From the NCBI GenBank assembly GCA_029269845.2, contig CP149973.1, positions 480,001 to 512,000 on the forward strand: a DNA stretch of 32,000 bases. The letters are read 5' to 3'. This document shows, piece after piece, positions 25,920-32,000 of this stretch. How positions within the stretch are numbered: the stretch's first letter is position 1; each line of letters begins with the position of its first letter. The translations under genes were made by a program, and so were the position numbers. Source of the DNA: Opitutia bacterium KCR 482. Lineage in GTDB: Bacteria > Verrucomicrobiota > Verrucomicrobiia > Opitutales > Intestinicryptomonadaceae. Under the pieces are notes generated by a model that did no database searches, was not told where the DNA came from, and worked only from the letters and a program-made list of their open reading frames with translations.

Positions 25920-26216
25920 CTACGCGTCGTCCACAACTTTGGGAACTACTATCTGGTTGTCGCGCTTGGCGGGTGCGTTCATGAGCGCGTCCTCCACGCT
26001 CATAGCCTCGCCCTCTACGTCGTCGCGCCACACGTTGTATATCGCGTGCGCGTGCGCGCTCGGCTCGACGTTCGATACGTCGATTTCCGAAAGCTTCTTG
26101 AAATATCCCAGTATCTGACCCAACTGCTTCGAATACATCTCCTTCTCGGCCTCCGTCAATTCTATACGCGCAAGCCGCGCCACATATTCGATGTCTATTT
26201 CTCCTGTATTTGCCAT
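25920..26216 (-). CDS. gatC: Asp-tRNA(Asn)/Glu-tRNA(Gln) amidotransferase subunit C
   Basis: 98 aa. IEYVARLARIELTEAEKEMYSKQLGQILGYFKKLSEIDV is the typical GatC helix-loop pattern. It is the first gene of gatCAB. Confidence 0.9.
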   Translation of the reverse strand: MANTGEIDIEYVARLARIELTEAEKEMYSKQLGQILGYFKKLSEIDVSNVEPSAHAHAIYNVWRDDVEGEAMSVEDALMNAPAKRDNQIVVPKVVDDA

Positions 26217-26296
26217 ATCTCTATAATCTCACAAATCTATCGAACGGAGACAAGAAAAATTGACACACGCCACGAGGAAAATTCAGAAGCAGAAAT

Positions 26297-26454
26297 CTAA
26301 AAAACTTCGTGCGTAAGCACTCTAATTTTAGGCGCGTTAGAGTGCCAGTATAAGGGCGGCTTTACGCGCGGCACAGGGCGCGTAGCATACTTGGCGTATG
26401 TAAGCGGTCTGGGACGCGCGCGAAACGCCCTACTACACTTTTATCAAAGAACAA
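26297..26454. repeat. Structured intergenic repeat, unit B1
   Basis: Leader ctaaaaaacttcgtgcgtaagcactctaattttaggcgcgttagagtgcc. Hairpin agtataagggcggctttacgcgcggcacag...ctgggacgcgcgcgaaacgccctactacact with an apex gcatac-ttggc-gtatgt. Tail is cttttatc. Confidence 0.85.
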
Positions 26455-26648
26455 CCTAAAAATCTTCGCGCCGTGCGCTCTAATTTTAGGGGCGTCAAAG
26501 TGCCAGTATAAGGGCGGCTTTACGCGCGACACAGGGCGCGTAGCATACTTGGCGTATGTAAGCGGTCTGGGACGCGCGCGAAACGCCCTTAGACTGGTGC
26601 TTTCACGCGCCGTGCGAAACGCCCTACCCAACTTTTATCCCAGCGCAA
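26455..26648. repeat. Structured intergenic repeat, unit B2 (near-identical hairpin to B1, plus a ~40-nt extra segment)
   Basis: 26499-26587 is nearly identical to 26341-26430. An extra segment ttagactggtgctttcacgcgccgtgcgaaacgccc (26589-26624) duplicates the gaaacgccc tail. The leader hairpin is gcgc-cgt-gcgc instead of gtgc-gtaa-gcac. Confidence 0.85.
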
Positions 26649-26807
26649 CTTAAAATCTTCCGCGCCGTGCGCTGACTTTTTAGGCGCGTCAAAGTGCCGT
26701 TCAGGCGGTGGCTTTCACGCGATTGCGGGGTGCGTGGCGTACTGGCGTACGCGAGCAGTCCGCAAGCGCGGGGAAACGCCGCATCAACGGTGCTTTGACG
26801 CGCCGTG
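26649..26807. repeat. Structured intergenic repeat, unit B3
   Basis: Hairpin 26694-26793 is gtgccgttcaggcggtggctttcacgcgattgcgg...ccgcaagcgcggggaaacgccgcatcaacggtgc, with an apex gcgtac-tggc-gtacgc. Confidence 0.85.
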
Positions 26808-26940
26808 TAATTTTAGGGGCGTCAAAATGCCCCTATAAGAGTGGCTTTGCGAGTGGCTCAGGGTGCGTGGCGTACTAAACGTACGCGAGCAGTCTGAGAC
26901 ACTCGCGAAACGCTCTTAGAGGGGCGTTTTCACGCCCCTA
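26808..26940. repeat. Structured intergenic repeat, unit B4 (near-identical to A2); overlaps the 3' end of the GNAT gene
   Basis: The hairpin spans 26830-26924. Flanking 20-mers aggggcgtcaaaatgcccct (26815-26834) and aggggcgttttcacgcccct (26920-26939) are inverted repeats matching at 18 of 20 positions. Confidence 0.9.
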
Positions 26941-27410
26941 CCGTAGAAGATGGAAGATTCTCCGGGGGAATAATAGTCGGATATTTCCGCTTCTTTCACA
27001 AAGCCCAGTTTTTCGTAGAATTTTCTTGTCGGCAAATACTGTTCCCTGCCCGACGTCTGCAACAGCAGCTTTGTTGCGCCGCGCTCAGCAACGTCGGCCA
27101 AGATTGCCTCGACAAGCCGCCGCCCTATTCCGTGCCCGCGAACCGTATTGTCAACCGCAATCCAGTCGAGATAGTAGAGCGATTCGCAGCATGCCTCGCG
27201 CTCGTACGACGCAAACCCGACCACCCTGCCGTCAAGCTCCGCGAATATGAAAATTTCGCCGCTTCCGTCGATTGCCCCGCGCAGCTCCTCTTCGGCGCAG
27301 TCGTACTCGTCGAAAACCCTGTCGAAAAAACCGCTCGATTTCATGATTTCGCGCACGCGCGGAATGTCGGCAAGCGTCGGCGTCCGCCTGATTGCAAGCT
27401 CACTTTTCAT
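26916..27410 (-). CDS. GNAT family N-acetyltransferase
   Basis: 164 aa. The acetyl-CoA motif VRGHGIGRRLVEAI and an FY..LGF motif are present. The ATG (27408-27410) overlaps the last codons of the upstream ATP-grasp gene by 11 nt. The last 8 codons lie in repeat unit B4. Confidence 0.88.
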   Translation of the reverse strand: MKSELAIRRTPTLADIPRVREIMKSSGFFDRVFDEYDCAEEELRGAIDGSGEIFIFAELDGRVVGFASYEREACCESLYYLDWIAVDNTVRGHGIGRRLVEAILADVAERGATKLLLQTSGREQYLPTRKFYEKLGFVKEAEISDYYSPGESSIFYGRGVKTPL

Positions 27411-28893
27411 TTTTTTCGTTCCTTTTCGAGTCCTCGACGAGGTTTTTCGTTTTGTTCACCCTGTCCATGAAGCCGCGCATGATTGTTTCGTAGAGCGACA
27501 TTCCCGCGATTTTGTCCTCGATGCCCGCATCGATGTTCGGGTTGTCGTTGATTTCAATCAGAAGCACCCTGCCGTCGTCGGTCTCCTTCACGTCTACGCC
27601 GTAAAGCCCGTTGCCGACGAGGTTTGCGGTTTTCAAGGCGACGTCCAGCACGCGCTTGGGAACGTCGTCTATGTGGAGCGTTTCGAATCCGCCCTCGGCG
27701 TTGTTTTTGTCTTTGTTGACAATCTGCCAGTGCTTTTTTGCCATGAAATATTTGCACGCAAAAATCGGCTTGCGGTCGAAGATTCCGACGCGCCAGTCGA
27801 ATTTTGTCGGCACAAATTCCTGCGCGATGAGCAGGTCGGAGCGGCGCAAAAGCTTTTCGAGAACCTTTTTCAATTCGCGCGAATCGTCCACTTTGTAGAC
27901 GCCCTGCGAGAACTGGCTGTCGGGCTGTTTTATGACGATGGGGAAGGGAATTTCGGATTCGATTTTTTCGAAATTGTCCTTGTGGACGATGAACGTTTTT
28001 GGCGTCGGAATCCGCCGAATCGCCGCCTGTTCCGCCTGAAAAACCTTGTTTGCGCAGCGGATAATCGAGTTGCAGTCGTCCACAACCACAATGCCCTCAG
28101 CCTCTGCGGCGCGGGCGAAAGTGTAGGTGTAGTTGTTGACGTTTGTGGTGGCGCGGATAAAGATTGCGTCGAACTCGTTGAGCCTGTCGAAGTCGTCCTT
28201 TGTGATGAACTCGCAGGAGAAGCCGACGCTTCCGGCGGCGTGCGCGAACTTCGAGAGGGCGCGGGGATTCGACGCGTGAAGCTCCTCGTTTTCGTCAATC
28301 AGAATGCCGATTGAGTAGCGGCTCTTCGACGGCGACTCCGACGCCCTGTGGCGGCGCGTTATGTATTCTTCGGCGACCGACGAAACGAAGTCGCGCTCGT
28401 CGCCGTGAATGTCGTGCGAGGAAATCGGTTTGACGCCGCAGAGTTTCCACTTTTTCTTGCCGCGCTTGAAATCGGCGCGGAACATCGGAGCGCGGAAGAG
28501 GTTGAAGAGCCTGCGGGCGAGCCGCGCGTACGCGGGGTTCACGCTGCACCCGAAGTAGACGTCGAGCTTGAACTTGCCGTCGCCGCAGTTTGCGAGCGCG
28601 CGGTTTGCGACGTCGGAAACGTCGTCGGACATGTGTTTTATCATTTCCTGCGAGCGGAAATCCATAATCGTCTTCACGGACGGTTCGGGATTGTGCATGC
28701 GCGCGCGGGCAAGCAGCGACACATAGTAGCCCATATCCTGATATTTGAACGCGTTGCAGAGGTTGAAAACCCTGAACGCGCCGAGCCGCGCAAATTCGGG
28801 GTCGGTGATGTATCGGCGGGGCGAGACAACGCGCACGCCCGCAATCTGCAACGACCATTTTTCTGGATTGCCCGCTACGAATATAATCTCCAT
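27400..28893 (-). CDS. RimK-type ATP-grasp amidoligase with an N-terminal RLAN-like domain
   Basis: Start taken at ATG 28893 (MEIIFVAGNPEKW..., residue 18 of track ORF 27400..28944, whose own start is GTG). The C-terminal half shows the ATP-grasp/RimK pattern (FPIVIKQPDSQFSQGVYKV, LIAQEFVPTKFDWRVGIF, GVDVKETDDGRVLLIEINDNP). The N-terminal ~200 aa (YQDMGYYVSLLARARMHNPEPSV...) resembles the RimK-like ATP-grasp N-terminal domain family; that call is from memory. Confidence 0.85.
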   Translation of the reverse strand: MEIIFVAGNPEKWSLQIAGVRVVSPRRYITDPEFARLGAFRVFNLCNAFKYQDMGYYVSLLARARMHNPEPSVKTIMDFRSQEMIKHMSDDVSDVANRALANCGDGKFKLDVYFGCSVNPAYARLARRLFNLFRAPMFRADFKRGKKKWKLCGVKPISSHDIHGDERDFVSSVAEEYITRRHRASESPSKSRYSIGILIDENEELHASNPRALSKFAHAAGSVGFSCEFITKDDFDRLNEFDAIFIRATTNVNNYTYTFARAAEAEGIVVVDDCNSIIRCANKVFQAEQAAIRRIPTPKTFIVHKDNFEKIESEIPFPIVIKQPDSQFSQGVYKVDDSRELKKVLEKLLRRSDLLIAQEFVPTKFDWRVGIFDRKPIFACKYFMAKKHWQIVNKDKNNAEGGFETLHIDDVPKRVLDVALKTANLVGNGLYGVDVKETDDGRVLLIEINDNPNIDAGIEDKIAGMSLYETIMRGFMDRVNKTKNLVEDSKRNEKNEK

Positions 28894-28911
28894 GACAAAA
28901 TTTTTGCCGCA

Positions 28912-28941
28912 ATTATTCAGCGCATGCCCGCCGCAAGTCAA
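28912..28941 (-). promoter_or_regulatory. Candidate sigma70-type promoter of the ATP-grasp/GNAT operon
   Basis: Minus strand reads TTGACT (28936-28941), an 18-nt spacer, then AATAAT (28912-28917). The -10 ends 18 nt upstream of the ATG at 28893. Confidence 0.45.
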
Positions 28942-28970
28942 CACTTATCGGCGGGCGCGGGAGGCGGCGG

Positions 28971-31274
28971 CTATTCAAGGTTTTTCAGGAAAACGTCGAG
29001 CAGAACGGAGTCGTCCGCCTTGATGTAGACGGGAATCGGCGAGACGGGAACGACGACGTCGCCGTTCGAGTCCGACGCGAGCGCGTTTCCGAAAACGTCG
29101 AACACGCCCACGCCTTCGGGAAGCTTTCCGAGGTTGAGCGGCTTTCTGTCCATCGGGTCTACGAGCTTTGTCTTCAAATTCGAGCGGTCGAGGTTCAGGT
29201 TTTCGAGGTGGCAGCCGAGCCAGAAGAGAGCCGCAACCGCCTTTTTCGATTTTTTGCCCGCGAATTTGTAGGCAAGCATGCCGTCGCGAAGCTCGCGCGA
29301 GCCTGCGTATTTTGTTTTGTACAGCATTTTCGCGAAGACCGCCGAAACCAGAAACCTTTCGTTTGCCGAAATTTCGGGAGCTTCAACCGAAGCGTAGGGA
29401 ATGTACCTGCCGCGCGCGAAATTCGCCGTTTTGCAATTCGAGCCGTTCTTCGAGCCGAGCGTCGCCCCGGGCAGGAGAATCGAGGCGCGGACGCCCGACG
29501 ACGCGTCTACCAGATAGCGGCGGATAAGGTAGCCCGCGTGGAATACGGGGCCGTTTGCGTGGTCGCCGCCGCCCTTGCACATCGGGTTTATATAATATAG
29601 CTCGGTGTGCCACAGCGGAACGTTGACGCCGTTTTCGACCAGATTTTTCTTGAACTGCGAGATGACCTCCGTGCCGCTTTTCGGGGTGTCCTCGAACAGC
29701 GCGGAATACGAGTGGAACGAGGCGACGTCGCAGAATTTCCCCGCGCCCATTTTAAGCATCGTGGCGAAAAAACCGTTGATGTTGCCGCCGTAGTCGCCTG
29801 TGGTGGAAAAGCCCACAACCTGATTGCGGGCGTCGACGCCCTTCAAAACGTCGTGCGCCGACTCCAAATACGGATAGTATGTTGCGAAGTCGCGCCAAAT
29901 GATGTTCGGCTCGTTCATGACTTCGTAGTATTTTATTTTGCCCTTGTAGCGTTCGGCGACTGCGGAAACCATGCGCTTCCAGTCTTCGAGCGGCGGCTTT
30001 ATCGCCTTGCGCCCCTGATTCTCGAAGCCCTGCAAGGTGCGCACAACCTCCGACTTCGCGTAGAGCCAGTCCGCCTGCCTGTGCCCGCGCAGCCCCATTT
30101 CGGGCGGATAAACAAAGAACATGCCGCCGAGCACGGGCACAACCTGCAATTTGTTTTTTGCGGCAAGGCGCACGGTTTCGTCGGCGACGGTCCACTCGTA
30201 GACGCCCTCTTTCGGCTCAATCACGCGCCAGTTGAAGGGGTTGCCGCCGTCCCACATGCGCAGGTAGACAATGCCCGAATCGGCAAGATACGCAATTTCC
30301 TCGGCGGTCGGGCAGCCCGACTCCCCGTTTGTGAACACGCCGCAGTAGCCCAAGTCTACGGGCAGGTCTCCCGCCGCAACCCTCATGCGGGGCGACACTG
30401 CAAACGGAACGCAGCCCGATTTCTCGCCGTCCACGGAAAAATTCAAAACATACAATCCGTTTTTGTCGGGCGCATTGAAGACAAATTCTTTGGAAAAATC
30501 CCCCGAGGGAAGCTCGATTTCCGCCGAACCTTTCGCGAGCACTTCCTCGGAATATTTCGGCGATACAAACCAGTCGAGCTTCGCCGTTTTTGCCGCGCCG
30601 AAATTCCGCCCCGCAATGGCGGCGGAAACTTCCGCATTTTTGTCGAATATGGCGGCGTTCGAAACACACTCGGCGGAAAATCTTTTCGTAATTTTTTTTA
30701 GGAACGAGGAATCAGCCGAAAGCTTCGTTTCGTCAATTAAAACCGAAAATTTAGGAGTTTCAACAGCCCCCGACTGCGGCACAAGGCGGAAGCCGGCAAA
30801 GGACAGCCGCGCGGCGGCTTTCGAGACCTTCTCAAAACGGAGCGGCAGCCACTCGTCAAGAACCCGAAATCTTTTCATGTCGAGCTTGTACGAATACTTT
30901 TTCCACTCCGTGCCGACGTCGAACTTCGCCAGCTGGTGGCGGTAGACGGTGTTGCCGTTTGCAAGCGCAAGCAGGCGGATTTGCAGCGGGTGCGACGCCT
31001 TAGCCGAAAACGAAATTTCGTAGACGCCATCGCGCGAAACGCGGACTTCCGAAAGGTTCAGCCCGCCGAGGCACGACTCTCCCGCGGAATATGAAAGCGA
31101 GTTTGCGGAGTCGGAAAATTTTTCGATTTTCACGCCGAGCGTCTCGGGCGCGGAATCGCTGAACCCGAAATCGAGCAAGCCGTTTTTGAGGTCGGCGTTT
31201 TTAATCAGATTCTGCGACGCGAACGCCGCCAAGCCCGCAAGCATATATACGATAAACAGTGTGCATTTTTTCAT
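28971..31274 (-). CDS. Secreted clan GH-A-like glycoside hydrolase with an N-terminal carbohydrate-binding-like domain
   Basis: Start taken at ATG 31274 (MKKCTLFIVYMLAGLAAFASQ, signal peptide; residue 48 of track ORF 28971..31415), preceded by AAGAGGA. The N-terminus is CBM4/9/22-like (NLIKNADLKNGLLDFGF). The TIM-barrel region contains YYEVMNEPN (acid/base NEP motif) and PLWHTELYY (candidate nucleophile Glu). The specific GH family is not assignable by eye. Confidence 0.85.
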   Translation of the reverse strand: MKKCTLFIVYMLAGLAAFASQNLIKNADLKNGLLDFGFSDSAPETLGVKIEKFSDSANSLSYSAGESCLGGLNLSEVRVSRDGVYEISFSAKASHPLQIRLLALANGNTVYRHQLAKFDVGTEWKKYSYKLDMKRFRVLDEWLPLRFEKVSKAAARLSFAGFRLVPQSGAVETPKFSVLIDETKLSADSSFLKKITKRFSAECVSNAAIFDKNAEVSAAIAGRNFGAAKTAKLDWFVSPKYSEEVLAKGSAEIELPSGDFSKEFVFNAPDKNGLYVLNFSVDGEKSGCVPFAVSPRMRVAAGDLPVDLGYCGVFTNGESGCPTAEEIAYLADSGIVYLRMWDGGNPFNWRVIEPKEGVYEWTVADETVRLAAKNKLQVVPVLGGMFFVYPPEMGLRGHRQADWLYAKSEVVRTLQGFENQGRKAIKPPLEDWKRMVSAVAERYKGKIKYYEVMNEPNIIWRDFATYYPYLESAHDVLKGVDARNQVVGFSTTGDYGGNINGFFATMLKMGAGKFCDVASFHSYSALFEDTPKSGTEVISQFKKNLVENGVNVPLWHTELYYINPMCKGGGDHANGPVFHAGYLIRRYLVDASSGVRASILLPGATLGSKNGSNCKTANFARGRYIPYASVEAPEISANERFLVSAVFAKMLYKTKYAGSRELRDGMLAYKFAGKKSKKAVAALFWLGCHLENLNLDRSNLKTKLVDPMDRKPLNLGKLPEGVGVFDVFGNALASDSNGDVVVPVSPIPVYIKADDSVLLDVFLKNLE

Positions 31275-31441
31275 GTGTATCCTCTTTTTATTTGAGCACA
31301 CAATAGCCCGACAAAGCCCGTATTGCAAGAATATTCGCCCTGCCGCAAGCGCGGGGAAACTTCCGCGGAGACGGGGCATGCGGAATTTGCACATTCGAAA
31401 AATCGTCTTGAACAATACGCGAATTTCCGTTTTTTGATTTT

Positions 31442-31470
31442 TTCAACGCAACACAAACACTATCTATATA
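31442..31470 (+). promoter_or_regulatory. Candidate promoter of the 31482 gene
   Basis: TTCAAC (31442-31447), a 17-nt spacer, then TATATA (31465-31470). This implies a very short leader before the ATG at 31482. Confidence 0.3.
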
Positions 31471-31481
31471 TGGGAAAAACA

Positions 31482-32000
31482 ATGCCATTATTAGCCGCGC
31501 TCCTCGCGGCGTCGGGACTTTTTGCCGAAACCGCGGAAATCCGCACGCATTCGCAAAACGGCGCGGTCGAATCGAAAACCGTCAAACTCGAAAAAATCGG
31601 GGCGGACAAATTCCGACTTGCAATCCCGAAGTCGGACATCGGCAAAGACGCAAAATTCATAGACATAGTCGCCGAATTCGCAAAGGCGGACAAGGGCGAC
31701 GACGGCTACTGGATTATGCCGCGCGGCACTTACGGCAACTTCGACAAGGACAGCGGCGTCTACCGCCGCGGACGCCAGCTCATGCCGATTTTCGGAATGA
31801 AACGCGGCGAAAAAATGTTCTGGGGACACATGAAAACATACCGCTTCGACTACGAAGTAGTGGTCGAAGTCAAAAAGGGCAAATACGAAATATTCCCGCG
31901 AATCACCCTCGACACCGTCCGCAAATTCTTCGAGCCGTACGACGACGTCGTGGTCGAGTTCAACATGCTATCGGGCAAAGACGCCGACTACAACGGAATG
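31482..32000 (+). CDS. Secreted hypothetical protein, N-terminal 173 aa; continues past the right window edge
   Basis: The frame is open from ATG 31482 to the window end and is not in the track because it has no stop. My translation is MPLLAALLAASGLFAETAEIRTHSQNGAVESKTVKLEKIG...DDGYWIMPRGTYGNFDKDSG...EFNMLSGKDADYNGM. It has a signal-peptide-like N-terminus and coding-like codon use. It is divergent from the GH gene, so a glycan-related role is plausible but unproven. Confidence 0.65.
   Translation, partial: MPLLAALLAASGLFAETAEIRTHSQNGAVESKTVKLEKIGADKFRLAIPKSDIGKDAKFIDIVAEFAKADKGDDGYWIMPRGTYGNFDKDSGVYRRGRQLMPIFGMKRGEKMFWGHMKTYRFDYEVVVEVKKGKYEIFPRITLDTVRKFFEPYDDVVVEFNMLSGKDADYNGM

Noticed and set aside
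26297-26940. CRISPR array interpretation of the tandem repeats.
   Set aside because: The units are 135-205 bp and are similar along their whole length. There is no 25-40 bp constant repeat alternating with unique spacers, and no cas genes are present in the window.

Overview
The window looks like a moderately GC-rich bacterial chromosome segment, mostly core metabolism mixed with secreted glycan-degradation proteins. That gene mix suggests a PVC-type polysaccharide degrader such as Lentisphaerota, Kiritimatiellota or Verrucomicrobiota, but this is inference only. I support 25 CDS, two of them cut by the window edges: hemC, ilvC, ilvN, pgi, bfr, pta, aroQ, gatCAB, a UvrD/PcrA-type helicase, an ABC-F ATPase, a CapD/PglF-type sugar dehydratase, an M48 peptidase, a Nif3-like protein, a GDPD phosphodiesterase, three or four secreted glycoside-hydrolase-like proteins and several hypotheticals. 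There is also one tRNA-Val(UAC) and several intrinsic terminators. Many long ORFs in the track are antisense shadows or upstream extensions of real genes and are rejected. The most unusual content is non-coding. An intergenic repeat family that I do not recognise occurs as tandem arrays at two loci, 17641-18050 and 26297-26940. Each unit has a conserved leader and a 95-100 nt multi-tier hairpin, and the stems change between copies by compensatory substitutions. The gene-proximal unit is bounded by 20-nt inverted repeats and supplies the stop codons of two unrelated genes, including the last 8 codons of the GNAT gene. The second item of interest is a translationally coupled RLAN-ATP-grasp (RimK-like) plus GNAT cassette (26916-28893), a predicted amidoligase/acetyltransferase pair of unknown product. 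No CRISPR, transposase, integrase or recognisable defence genes were seen.
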